Assembly: GCA_965222425.1 (NCBI GenBank)
Contig: CBDCTW010000023.1
Location: forward strand, 129,902 to 193,901
Reading direction: 5' to 3'
Length of the DNA: 64,000 nucleotides
Source of the DNA: Candidatus Marinacidobacterales bacterium
GTDB lineage: Bacteria; Acidobacteriota; Vicinamibacteria; Marinacidobacterales; DATDRI01
The position numbers and the translations under genes are program-made. This document shows, one piece after another, positions 19,416 through 28,885 of the stretch. Numbering within the stretch: position 1 is the first letter of the stretch; each line of letters begins with the position of its first letter. The notes under the pieces are model-generated. The model was not told the origin of the DNA. It saw only the letters and a list, made by a program, of their open reading frames with translations, and did no database searches.

Positions 19416-20315
19416 TTACCGGGTCAACTTTCCGACCAACTCCAATTGCAGGAGTTGCTCACGCAGTCGACTGCGATTCTCTGCACTCATCGGCACGAGC
19501 GGAAGCCGATAGTGTTCACCAATAAGCCCCATCATCGCCAAGGCCGCCTTGACCGGGATGGGATTCGTCTCGATGAAGTTGGCGTTCATCAATCCTAAGA
19601 GCCGGAAATGGATCTCCCGGGCGTCGGGCAGTCTTCCCTCCAACGCCTCCCGGACCAACCGACTCATCAGCATAGGCACTTGGTTCGAGACCACCGAGAT
19701 CACTCCATCGCCCCCGAGAGCCAGAATCGGTAACGTCAGATTGTCCTCGCCGGAAAAAACGCTGAAGCCGTCTGGCCGGCCCGACAGAATCTCCATCACT
19801 TGAATGAGGTTGCCCGATGCCTCTTTAACTCCACGAATGTTCTCGTGCTCGGCGAGGCGCATCAAGGTCGCGGGCGAAAGATTCACGCTAGTGCGGCCCG
19901 GAACGTTGTAGACGATCATCGGTATTTCGATCGCATCAGCCAGTTCGGAGAAATGTCGAAACATGCCTTCTTGTGTAGGTTTGTTGTAGTAAGGAACAAC
20001 GGACAGAATCCCGTCCACCCCCAGCGACGCGGCCGCGCGGGCCTGAGCCACAACTTTTTTTGTCCCGTTCCCGCCGACACCGGCGATCACCCGAACCCGC
20101 GTGTCGGCTCGGTCACGCACCACTTCAATAACGCGAAGCTGCTCCTTGCCGCTCAGAGTGACGCTTTCCCCGGTCGTACCGCAAGGAACGATTCCATCCA
20201 CGCCTCCGTCAATTTGAAGATCCACAAGCCTCTCGAGCGCCTGTTCGTCCACGGATCCCTCGGCGCTAAAGGGGGTCACCACCGCAGTATAGGTTCCCTG
20301 CCACGGCTCACTCAT
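19416..20315 (-). CDS. dapA: 4-hydroxy-tetrahydrodipicolinate synthase
   Basis: 299 aa; TAVVTPF...GIVPCGTTGES with the catalytic Lys region (KEASGN). Confidence 0.9.
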   Translation of the reverse strand: MSEPWQGTYTAVVTPFSAEGSVDEQALERLVDLQIDGGVDGIVPCGTTGESVTLSGKEQLRVIEVVRDRADTRVRVIAGVGGNGTKKVVAQARAAASLGVDGILSVVPYYNKPTQEGMFRHFSELADAIEIPMIVYNVPGRTSVNLSPATLMRLAEHENIRGVKEASGNLIQVMEILSGRPDGFSVFSGEDNLTLPILALGGDGVISVVSNQVPMLMSRLVREALEGRLPDAREIHFRLLGLMNANFIETNPIPVKAALAMMGLIGEHYRLPLVPMSAENRSRLREQLLQLELVGKLTR

Positions 20316-20318
20316 GAC

Positions 20319-21056
20319 TCACTCCAATTCCAGTAAATCGGCGAACTCGAAGACGCCCCTCTTGTCGCGGACCCACTCCGCAGCGAACAGCGCGCCCCGC
20401 GCGAAACCTTCTCGATTGCGGGCGGTATGCACTATTTCCACGCTGTCGGCTGCACTATCGAACCCCAACTCATGTCGGCCCGATGCTCTACCCGCCCTTA
20501 GCGACGAGACATGAAGTGCTTCGGGATCGATCTTCCCCTCAGGGTTTCCGATCTGCACGCGACTTTTACGTTCGGTGTTAGCGACGACGATCTCCGCCAG
20601 CCGCAGCGCCGTTCCACTGGGCGCGTCGACTTTTTCCCGATGGTGTTGCTCGAAGACATAAGGGTCATACTCAGAGAAAGGGTCGAAGAGGCGGGTGGCG
20701 AGCTTGGCGAGCTTCAAGAAAAGATTGGCCCCGATCGAGAAATTCGAGCCGTAAACGAGCGCAGTTTGGTGTGTCTCGATCAACTCCCGTGCTTCTCCGA
20801 GGCTATCGGACCACCCGGTCGTCCCCACAACCATGTGAACGCCTGCCTCTGCTACGCGGCGGATGTTCTCTAGGACAGCTTCCGGCCAGCTGAAGTCGAT
20901 GATCACTTCGATCCCTGCGAGGGCATCCTTGGTGAGACCAATCCCGTCCGGGTTGGAATACTCATCCAGTGAGAGCCGAATTTCGTGCCCATCTGCGCGA
21001 GCCAGCCGCTCGACCTCAGAGCCCATGCGGCCTCGGCCGGTGAGTCCCAGGATCAA
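20319..21056 (-). CDS. dapB: 4-hydroxy-tetrahydrodipicolinate reductase
   Basis: 245 aa; GxxGRMG NAD(P) motif (GLTGRGRMG) and EQHHREKVDAPSGTA. Confidence 0.9.
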   Translation of the reverse strand: MILGLTGRGRMGSEVERLARADGHEIRLSLDEYSNPDGIGLTKDALAGIEVIIDFSWPEAVLENIRRVAEAGVHMVVGTTGWSDSLGEARELIETHQTALVYGSNFSIGANLFLKLAKLATRLFDPFSEYDPYVFEQHHREKVDAPSGTALRLAEIVVANTERKSRVQIGNPEGKIDPEALHVSSLRAGRASGRHELGFDSAADSVEIVHTARNREGFARGALFAAEWVRDKRGVFEFADLLELE

Positions 21057-22455
21057 GGCACCATCTCCGTATCCACCACCTCGAAGACTTCGGGCCGATC
21101 GAGCCCGGCAAAGAACTCGTGATGCAGTCGCCTGACTGCATCGTCGGCATCTCCCTCGCGCACGACGAAGGAGAGGTTCATTCTCGACGCCCCTTGAGAG
21201 ATCATCCTCACATTGATGTCACCGAGGGCGCTGAAGGAACGAGCCGCGATACGTGGGGTGGAACGAATCTCTTCGCCCACCAAACACACGATGGCGCAGT
21301 CGCTCTCCACCGTCACCTCCGAGAACTGAGAGAGCTCTTCGACGATCGCGGATGGCTTTTCGGTCGAATCCACGGTCAAGGAGACGCTGACCTCGGAAGT
21401 CGACACCAAGTCGACCGGGACCTCGTGACGATCAAAGAGCTCGAACATGGATCTAAGGAAACCGTATGCCATCAACATCCGGAGCGACTTGACGTCGATC
21501 ACCGTAATTCTCTTCTTGGCGGCGATGGACTTGACCGCGACACCGGTCTTGCGCGAGCGAGAAGTGATCGTGGTCCCCGTGGCACCCGGCCGGCGCGAGT
21601 TCAAAATGCGAACCGGGATGTTGCGGGAGACCGCGGGCTCGATGGTCGCGGGGTGGAGGACACGAGCTCCGAAGTAGGCGAGCTCCGCCGCCTCGGCGAA
21701 AGACAGCTCTCGGATTTTCTTGCCATCGGCCACCAGACGGTGATCAGCGGTGAGCATACCGTCCACCTCGGTCCAGATCTGGATTTCTTCGGCACCGAGG
21801 GCAGCTCCCAAAAGAGCGGCGGTGTAATCGGAGCCTCGGCGGCCCAGCGTGGTGGGCTCGCCGTCTTCGGTCGCACCCACGAAACCCTCGGTGATGGGGA
21901 TTTTTCCCGCGTCCAATGCCGGGACGATCGTCTCCCGGCATCTCACCGCTAGGGCCTCGATCTCGGGTCGGGCTTTCCCGAAACACGAATCGGTGCGCAT
22001 CACTTCGCGCGCATCAACCCGGACGGCCTCGAGGCCTCCCGCCTGGGCGGCGGCGATCAACAGGTCAACCGAAAGACGTTCGCCGTAACTCACCATCGCA
22101 TCCTGGATACGCGACGTGAGCTCGCGCAACAACACGACTCCGCGAGTGAAGTTACAGAGCTCTTCAGCGTGGTGCGCAATGACATCCGCGACCTCACGCT
22201 CGGTGGATTTCGAGAGTCCCAGGTCGAACAAGATCCATCGATGTCGGCTCACGAGCTGGGAGAGGACCTCCTCCGCGGCGCGTGTATCGCCGGTGAGTGC
22301 GGTCTCCGCCATTGATAGCAAGGAGTTGGTAGCATCCGCGATGGCGGAGACCACGACCACCGGATGGCGGTCCTTCTCTTTTTCATGATCTCGACCGCAC
22401 GCCGCATCGCCGGACCATCCTGCATCGACGTGCCGCCGAACTTCATCACGATCAT
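21053..22455 (-). CDS. lysC: Aspartate kinase (frame broken at ~22379-22383, an A5/T5 run)
   Basis: N-terminus MIVMKFGGTSMQDGPAMRRAVEIMKK lies in ORF 22249..22575; the remainder (VVVSAIADATNSLL...two ACT domains) is in ORF 21053..22360. The frames join if one A is added to the AAAAA run. Confidence 0.85.
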
Positions 22456-23543
22456 GACTTGCCCCCGATCAGTCCTCGCGCCATCGCTAGTTCCGCGTTC
22501 AGTATCGAGCCTCCGGCCGCCCCCCGAATGGTATTGTGACCGAGCAACGTCATTTTGAAATTCAAGACCGAGCATGGACGCAGCCGCCCGACAATTGTAG
22601 CCATCGCGTTCTCGCGGTAGAGATCCAACATGGGTTGCGGCCGGTCAGGACCGTCGAGAACCACGATCGGATGGGCCGGAGCGGTTGGAAGTTTCAGCTC
22701 CTGAGGCTCGCCACGAAAGAACGCCAGTGCGTCCCGAATCTCCTCGAGGCCTGCGGGCCGGGCGGTCTCGAACGAAACGGACTCGGTGTGGCCGTCGAAA
22801 ACGGGGACTCGGTTTACCTGCGCGGAGACCTTCATGGACGCGGGCTCAACCGCACCGTTTCTGAGCTTTCCCAGAATCTTCTGTGTCTCCGCCTCCATCT
22901 TCTCTTCTTCCCCGGCGATGAAAGGAATCACATTTCCCAAGATCTCCATCGACGGAAGCCCCGGATATCCTGCGCCCGAGACCGCCTGCAAGGTAACCAC
23001 CGAAAGTCGCTGAAGGCCGAAGGCCCGCTCGAGGGGCGCCAAAGCCATGGCGAGGACGGTGGTCGAACAGTTGGCGTTGGTGACGATGAAGCCGCGGCCC
23101 GGTAACTCACGAGACTTTTTCTGCTTCTCGATCAGTCCCAAGTGCTCCGGATTGATCTCGGGAATGAGGAGTGGAACGTCGGGCTCCAAACGATAGCTTC
23201 GGGCGTTGCTGAAAACCGGCACGCCGGCCTTGGCCCAAGCAATTTCGATTTCAGGCGCAACGGAGGCGTCGAGCGCCGAGAAAGCCAAGGCCATCTCATT
23301 ATCCGGTTCCGTCCCTTCCACAATTTCATTTGCTATCTTCTCTGGAATGGGTGTGGCAAGACGCCACCCACAAGCATCCTGATAGGACTTGCTCGCCGAT
23401 CGCTCCGAAGCCGCGAGTCGAGCCACCTCGAACCACGGATGGGACGACAAGAGCTCGATGAACCTCTGCCCCACCGCACCGGTGGCTCCCAAGACCGCCA
23501 CTTTCAACCTTGGTTGGTTTGGTTGGCGTCGTTCGCTCGTCAC
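22452..23543 (-). CDS. asd: Aspartate-semialdehyde dehydrogenase
   Basis: KVAVLGATGAVGQ Rossmann motif and the active-site Cys region NANCSTT. Confidence 0.9.
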   Translation of the reverse strand: MTSERRQPNQPRLKVAVLGATGAVGQRFIELLSSHPWFEVARLAASERSASKSYQDACGWRLATPIPEKIANEIVEGTEPDNEMALAFSALDASVAPEIEIAWAKAGVPVFSNARSYRLEPDVPLLIPEINPEHLGLIEKQKKSRELPGRGFIVTNANCSTTVLAMALAPLERAFGLQRLSVVTLQAVSGAGYPGLPSMEILGNVIPFIAGEEEKMEAETQKILGKLRNGAVEPASMKVSAQVNRVPVFDGHTESVSFETARPAGLEEIRDALAFFRGEPQELKLPTAPAHPIVVLDGPDRPQPMLDLYRENAMATIVGRLRPCSVLNFKMTLLGHNTIRGAAGGSILNAELAMARGLIGGKS

Positions 23544-24550
23544 TTAGCTCGCTCCAATAGTCCAACCGCCGCCTGCTGATAAAGCTCTACCGCTCGCAGT
23601 GCGTCTTGCTTGGCTATTTTCTCTTCGGAGGTATGCGCATCGTGGATCGAACCCGGCCCAAATAGCAGGGGTTTGCCGAACTCGGCGAGCGAAGGGATGT
23701 CGGTCCCAAAGGCCATCGGGGCCACATCGAACCCCGGCAGAGTCGCGCAGAGCACCGCGTCGTTTCTGGACAAGACCTCGTAACTGAGGTTCGGAGCGTC
23801 GCCGAGTACGTCCACCAGTTTCGCTTCCACTTCTGAAGCTTTCCCGACGACCCGCACCAGAACTCCCGCCGCCGCTTCCGGCGCGATGACGTTGGGGGCC
23901 AGCCCCCCGGAGAGAGTCCCGATGTTCACGGTCGCCGGCCCGAGCACATCACTCTGTCCCCAGTCCGCCTCTCGAATCTTCTGCAGTGCATCCAGGAGAC
24001 GGTTGGTAGCGGAGTCGCCAAGCTGCGGATACGCGGAATGAGCGGCCCGCCCCTTCGCCCGCAAGACGAAATAAAGGGTCCCCTTGTGTCCGGACGCCAT
24101 GCGGCTCTCCGTGGGCTCACCGACCAAAACGTATCTGGAGCCGGGCTTCAGTCGGTTGGCGGTCTTCGCTCCAATACTGTCGACTTCCTCCCCTACCACG
24201 AAGAGAAGTCCGAGCCCTTCGGTGCCCTTCTCGCGGAGACCGGCGACCGCTTCCACCATCGCTGCCATGCAACCTTTTGCATCGCATGAACCGCGACCGT
24301 AGATGTACTGATCGTCTTCGGAGCTCGCGTAGAACGGTGGGACGGTGTCCAGGTGCGTACAGAGCACGACTTTCGGTGCGCCGTTGGTGAGGGCGTATAC
24401 GTTGTAGCGCTGGGCCTCCACCTCTTGCATCGTAACGCGAAAACCGCGCTCACCTAGGGTTTTTTCCAGGAACCGGCCTAACTCGGCTTCCTCACCCGTC
24501 ACCGACGGGATATCGATGAGCTCGCGGATGAACGAGAACAGCGAGCTCAT
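23540..24550 (-). CDS. dapE: M20-family metallohydrolase, probable succinyl-diaminopimelate desuccinylase (DapE/ArgE family)
   Basis: HLDTVP...GRGSCDAKG...EEVDS M20 metal ligands. It is the first gene of the dap operon. Confidence 0.65.
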   Translation of the reverse strand: MSSLFSFIRELIDIPSVTGEEAELGRFLEKTLGERGFRVTMQEVEAQRYNVYALTNGAPKVVLCTHLDTVPPFYASSEDDQYIYGRGSCDAKGCMAAMVEAVAGLREKGTEGLGLLFVVGEEVDSIGAKTANRLKPGSRYVLVGEPTESRMASGHKGTLYFVLRAKGRAAHSAYPQLGDSATNRLLDALQKIREADWGQSDVLGPATVNIGTLSGGLAPNVIAPEAAAGVLVRVVGKASEVEAKLVDVLGDAPNLSYEVLSRNDAVLCATLPGFDVAPMAFGTDIPSLAEFGKPLLFGPGSIHDAHTSEEKIAKQDALRAVELYQQAAVGLLERAK

Positions 24551-24615
24551 TCTTCGAAAGCCGACTGGGGTATTGCAGAGAAATTGCTGAGGTGGCCTAG
24601 ACGTCGAAACACGGG

Positions 24616-24628
24616 CTCATATTAGCAC
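24616..24628 (-). promoter_or_regulatory. Promoter-like 13-mer GTGCTAATATGAG ~65 nt upstream of the dapE start
   Basis: Identical to the motif upstream of leuS; GGCCCGC lies 3 nt upstream of it. Confidence 0.45.
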
Positions 24629-24747
24629 GTAGCGGGCCGGAGGCTCGCCGGGTCGAGGAGCCTTTAGCTGTCGCGGATGCGCCCGCACCGAAGCGACACG
24701 CCCGGGGGTGGGGTCCCCGGCGATTGGTGAAAGAAAGTAAACGTGAA

Positions 24748-24869
24748 GTTCCCGCTTGCCGCCAAATTACGTGGTTGCTTTGACCGGACCTCGCCAGGCG
24801 GGCACTCAGTTCCCGCTTGCCGCCAAATCACGTGGTTGCTTTGACCGAACCTCGCCAGGCGGCGCTGGG
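24748..24869. repeat. Tandem direct repeat, 2 x 61 bp, upstream of the dap operon promoter
   Basis: GTTCCCGCTTGCCGCCAAAT(T/C)ACGTGGTTGCTTTGACCG(G/A)ACCTCGCCAGGCGG appears twice head-to-tail. Each unit contains CCCGC...GCGGG inverted segments and a CACGTG core. Confidence 0.85.
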
Positions 24870-24910
24870 GCCCCGCGCGCACTAAGTTATTTCGGCCATC
24901 AGGCGAGCCT

Positions 24911-25450
24911 TTAGCTCTCTATCTCCGAGGCCAGCATCACCGTCCGGCCCTCGGGGTCGGTCGTGGTGATCACCCGGTGTCCCCATGGCATCTTTTGGGG
25001 CGGACCGTGGAAACCGACGCCCTTGGCGACCAACTTGGTGTAGACACGATCGACGTCCTCGACCATGAGGTAAATGGTCGGCTCCTTGGGAGAGGGCGGC
25101 TCTCCGAGCATCGCTGGATTCGGCAGCATGAACCCGAGGCTAGAGCCGATCGTCGTTTGGACGTATAGGTAGTTGAGCCGCGAGTCATGGCGAAAAAGCT
25201 GAAAGCCGAGAATATCGGTGTAGAACTTTTTCACCTGGTCGAGCCTGAGGGTCAAGAAATCGAGGTGCTGAGATTTGAGGCCAATCGCGTTGGGAATCCT
25301 GGCAGGGTCCGATTTCCTAATCTTGCCCCCGGCGGCTCTAGCCTTGGACTCCGTGGTTTTCTTTGCCTTTCTGGCTACTTTCTTCCTCCCGCGAGTCTTA
25401 TTCGACCCTTTCTTGCCGCCCTTCTTTGCTCCGGCTCCCTTTTGGGGCAT
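24911..25450 (-). CDS. VOC (glyoxalase/bleomycin-resistance fold) protein with a ~55-aa Lys/Arg/Ala-rich histone-H1-like N-terminal tail
   Basis: The VOC domain (LDFLTLRLDQVKKFYTDILGFQL...) is preceded by MPQKGAGAKKGGKKGSNKTRGRKKVARKAKKTTESKARAAGGKIRK. A strong RBS (AGGAGG, 6-nt spacer) sits before the ATG at 25450. Confidence 0.7.
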   Translation of the reverse strand: MPQKGAGAKKGGKKGSNKTRGRKKVARKAKKTTESKARAAGGKIRKSDPARIPNAIGLKSQHLDFLTLRLDQVKKFYTDILGFQLFRHDSRLNYLYVQTTIGSSLGFMLPNPAMLGEPPSPKEPTIYLMVEDVDRVYTKLVAKGVGFHGPPQKMPWGHRVITTTDPEGRTVMLASEIES

Positions 25451-25618
25451 CCTGACCCTCCTGTCGCAGTCGACCCGGCTCCACCAACCCGGGGAGCGGT
25501 GTCATTCTGGGCCCTCCCGAGGGGGGGTGTCAACGAACGGGCGTCGTGTCTTGGGCGGCCAGCAGGCACTAAGTGGCACCCAACGCCTACTGGACGCCAG
25601 CATCCCCCAAGTGGGGTC

Positions 25619-26116
25619 TTATTCCCAAACGCCAGGCAGTCGATTCTGACAGCTCGGGCATTTCCCTTTTTGCAACGTGATGTAGGTGCTCGCCAAAGTG
25701 CTCGCACCGTAGCGACGGGCCAACCCCACCAGCTCCTCGCTCGTACAACTCTTCGGCGCGGACACCGCCCGCGGATCGCGCAATGCTTGTGACGTAAGCC
25801 AATTCTGGCAATAGCCGCAGTGGAAGTCGCACCCCAGCGTGCCGAACGACAACGCGCCGGTCCCTGGCATGGCATGGAAGAAGGGCTTCTTCTCGATAGG
25901 GTCGCATTGCAGCGCTCCCACATAGCCCCAGGGAACCATCAGAACGCCTTCCTGATTGAAACGAACTTTGCATATTCCGAGCCTGCCTTCGGGAATTAGG
26001 CACCGGTGACCGCAGGAAATGCAACGAAGCCTGTTGTCGGGGAGTTTCTCGTAGAGCTCGCCTTTCACGCTTTCCTGGGAGAGGACCTCCGCTAGCGTGG
26101 AACTTTCTGTGGTCAT
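25619..26116 (-). pseudogene. N-terminal fragment (~150 aa of ~340) of an AmmeMemoRadiSam-type radical SAM enzyme
   Basis: CISCGHRC N-terminal Cys motif, DPIEKKPFFH, and the radical SAM motif GCDFHCGYCQNW are present. The ORF stops after ASTY..., and only ~170 nt remain before the next gene, so the C-terminal ~190 aa are missing. Confidence 0.65.
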
Positions 26117-26212
26117 GAAGAGCGTCTATCGGTCTTCGGGCCCATAATCGACTTTACTCCCCGTCCTCGATTCTCGCAAGCTTTGGGTAACCGCGGTCCA
26201 GGGAGGGCGAGC

Positions 26213-27283
26213 CTATTCGGAGAGCGACTTCCAAAAACGGCTGTGGGTCTCTCGGATGGCGGTCATCAGGGGTTTAGCCTGCTTGTCGAACTTGGCCTGA
26301 CTCGCCGGCTCGAAATTCTTTTCCGCCCCGGAAAACCCGGCCATGACCTCCAGCACCGAAACGATCGACTGCTCGAGACCCAACAAGTGATACCCGCCCT
26401 CGAGCGCGAACACCGCCTTACCTCCACAGGTAGCGTCGGCGACGGAAAGGATCTCTCGGGTCAAGGCCGCGTATCCACGCTCGGTAAGGCCCATACTTCC
26501 CAAGGGATCTTTAAAGTACGCGTCGAACCCAGCCGAGACCAGCACCAGCTGGGGTGCGTACTCGCGTGCGACCGGTCCGATGATCGACCGGAAGATAGAC
26601 AGGTACTCAGCGTCACCCATTCCCGCTGGCATGGGAGCATTGAGTGTGTAACCCTCTCCGGCGTCCCTGCCAATCTCTTCCAGAGAGCCCGTGCCCGGAT
26701 AGTGCGGCCACTGGTGCGTTGATACGTATAGGACCTGCGGTGAAGTGTAGAAGGCCTTCTGCGTTCCGTTACCATGATGTAAGTCGAAATCGATGATCAA
26801 AACCCTTTCCAAGTTACGCGTGCTGATGGCATGCCGTGCCGCGATCGCTATGTTGTTGAAAAGGCAAAAGCCCATCGCCTTGTCTGGCTTGGCGTGGTGA
26901 CCGGGCGGACGCAGGAGGGCAAACGCGTTGTCCACTTCCTCACCCATCACCGCATCCACGGCTGACAGGACGCTCCCTATCGCCAGCAAAGCCGTATTTG
27001 CTGAGCCAGGCGACGTGACCGTATCGTTGTCGAGGTAGGTTTGCTCTTGGCCTCGCGTCTCCATGATCTCGTCGAAGTGGCGATGGGTGTGAACGAGAAG
27101 CACTTCCTCTTGCTCCGCGACACGAGGCTCGAGCGCGGTGAATTTTTCCGCAAGCTTCGGTGCGGCCAAAGCGCGGGCCGCCGCGTCCATGCGAGCCGGA
27201 CTCTCGGGATGCCCGTCCCCGGTTCGATGGTCCTTGAACCGCGGAGTATAAGCAACGCCAGTCGAGCGCGGGGAGCTAATCAC
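26213..27283 (-). CDS. Histone deacetylase-family (AcuC/AphA-like) hydrolase
   Basis: Class I/II HDAC motifs (HHGNGTQ, DFDLHHG, GGY). Confidence 0.8.
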   Translation of the reverse strand: MISSPRSTGVAYTPRFKDHRTGDGHPESPARMDAAARALAAPKLAEKFTALEPRVAEQEEVLLVHTHRHFDEIMETRGQEQTYLDNDTVTSPGSANTALLAIGSVLSAVDAVMGEEVDNAFALLRPPGHHAKPDKAMGFCLFNNIAIAARHAISTRNLERVLIIDFDLHHGNGTQKAFYTSPQVLYVSTHQWPHYPGTGSLEEIGRDAGEGYTLNAPMPAGMGDAEYLSIFRSIIGPVAREYAPQLVLVSAGFDAYFKDPLGSMGLTERGYAALTREILSVADATCGGKAVFALEGGYHLLGLEQSIVSVLEVMAGFSGAEKNFEPASQAKFDKQAKPLMTAIRETHSRFWKSLSE

Positions 27284-27295
27284 TACCTCCGAATC

Positions 27296-28546
27296 TCAAG
27301 GCCGTCCCTCGTGCCGTTTCAAAAGCAACGCGGCGTTCGTCCCTCCAAAACCGAAAGAGTTGGAGAGTACATATCGCAACTCCGCCGGTCTGGCTTTTCC
27401 GGGCACGTAATCTAAATCGCAATCTGGATCGGGTGTCTCGTAATTCGCCGTCGGCGGGATGATCTGCTCCTTGAGGGCAAGCGCCGCGATCCCCACCTCC
27501 AAGCCTCCTGCTCCTCCGAGAAGGTGGCCGGTCATAGACTTGGTCGAGCTCACCGCCAACCGATGAGCGTGATCGCCGAACACTCGCTTGATAGCCATCG
27601 TCTCCGCGCGGTCGTTGTACGGAGTCGACGTGCCGTGCGCGTTGATGTAATCCACCTGGTCGGGTCGAACCTTGGCGTTTTCGAGCGCCCGCGTCATGAC
27701 CCTTGTTGCGCCGTCGCCATCCTGCGAGGGTGCGGTGATATGGTACGCATCGGAGCTCATCCCATAGCCGACTACCTCGGCGTAGATGCTTGCGCCACGG
27801 GAGAGTGCTCCATCCAAAGTCTCGAGGATGACGACCCCCGCCCCTTCGCCTACCACGAACCCATCTCTGGCTTTATCGAACGGTCGGGATGCCTTTTCCG
27901 GCTCATCGTTCCGCGTGGACAAGGCGCGCATTGCGGCAAAGCCACCGATGCCCATAGGAGTGATCGCAGCCTCCGCCCCGCCGGCGATCATGGCATCCGC
28001 ATCTCCTCGTCGGATGATCTCGACCGCATCACCGATCGCGTGAGAGCTGGCCGCACACGCCGTGGCGGTCGCGGAGTTCGGCCCTTTAGCGCCGAAGCGG
28101 ATGGACACATGTCCGGCGGCCAAGTTGATGATGCAAGCTGGAATGAAAAATGGCGAGATCTTGCGTGGCCCTCCCTTCAGCAGGTTGCGGTGTTCCCGCT
28201 CGATAGTGGCGAACCCCCCGATACCGGACGCGATGAAGACTCCCGTTCGCTCGGCGTTCTCCGCCGCGGTCACCTTCAGGCCGGAGTCTTCCATCGCGAA
28301 CGTGGAAGCCGCCAGAGCATACTGCATGAACACGTCCATCTTCTTTACTTCCTTCTTCTCGACGTACTGAAGCGGGTCGAAATTCTTCACTTCCCCCGCA
28401 ATACGACAGGAAAAAGCGGAAGCATCGAAGTGGGTCACCGGACCGATGCCGTTCTTGCCCTCCAGCAGTGCGGTCCAGGTCTCACGAGTACCGATGCCCA
28501 CGGCGGACACGAGGCCCACGCCCGTTATCACGACTCGTCGCCTCAT
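27296..28546 (-). CDS. fabF: 3-oxoacyl-ACP synthase II
   Basis: 416 aa; Cys-His-His triad context ([10 protein letters not shown]...NAHGTSTP...GHLLGGAG). Confidence 0.9.
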   Translation of the reverse strand: MRRRVVITGVGLVSAVGIGTRETWTALLEGKNGIGPVTHFDASAFSCRIAGEVKNFDPLQYVEKKEVKKMDVFMQYALAASTFAMEDSGLKVTAAENAERTGVFIASGIGGFATIEREHRNLLKGGPRKISPFFIPACIINLAAGHVSIRFGAKGPNSATATACAASSHAIGDAVEIIRRGDADAMIAGGAEAAITPMGIGGFAAMRALSTRNDEPEKASRPFDKARDGFVVGEGAGVVILETLDGALSRGASIYAEVVGYGMSSDAYHITAPSQDGDGATRVMTRALENAKVRPDQVDYINAHGTSTPYNDRAETMAIKRVFGDHAHRLAVSSTKSMTGHLLGGAGGLEVGIAALALKEQIIPPTANYETPDPDCDLDYVPGKARPAELRYVLSNSFGFGGTNAALLLKRHEGRP

Positions 28547-28567
28547 GCCGAGGCTCCTGCGACTCTT

Positions 28568-28804
28568 TTACTTCTTGGCATGTCCTTCGATGTAAGTGAC
28601 GGCTTCCTTGACTCGCGTGATCTTCTCCGCGTCTTCGTCCGGGATCTCGAGGCCGAACTCCTCCTCCAGGGCCATCACCAACTCGACCTGATCGAGAGAG
28701 TCGGCGCCCAGATCATCCACGAAGGATGCATCCGGAACTACCTGCTCCTTGTCGACTCCCAATTGATCCACGACAATGCTCTTCACTTGTTCTGGAATAC
28801 TCAT
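28568..28804 (-). CDS. acpP: Acyl carrier protein
   Basis: 78 aa with the LGADSLD phosphopantetheine site. Confidence 0.9.
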   Translation of the reverse strand: MSIPEQVKSIVVDQLGVDKEQVVPDASFVDDLGADSLDQVELVMALEEEFGLEIPDEDAEKITRVKEAVTYIEGHAKK

Positions 28805-28885
28805 TCAATCCCCCTCTTTAGGATTCAGGAACGTTGATTATAACAATCTGCCCCAATGCGAAAATAGTTCGGTGGAATTCATAGC

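Noticed and set aside
24551-24747. Lysine riboswitch (L-box) in the dap/lys operon leader
   Set aside because: The distance from the promoter-like motif to the dapE start codon is only ~65 nt. No L-box conserved segments were recognisable on the minus strand.
24748-24869. CRISPR array
   Set aside because: Only two units, directly abutting with no spacers, 61-bp period, and no cas genes nearby. It is a tandem duplication, not CRISPR.
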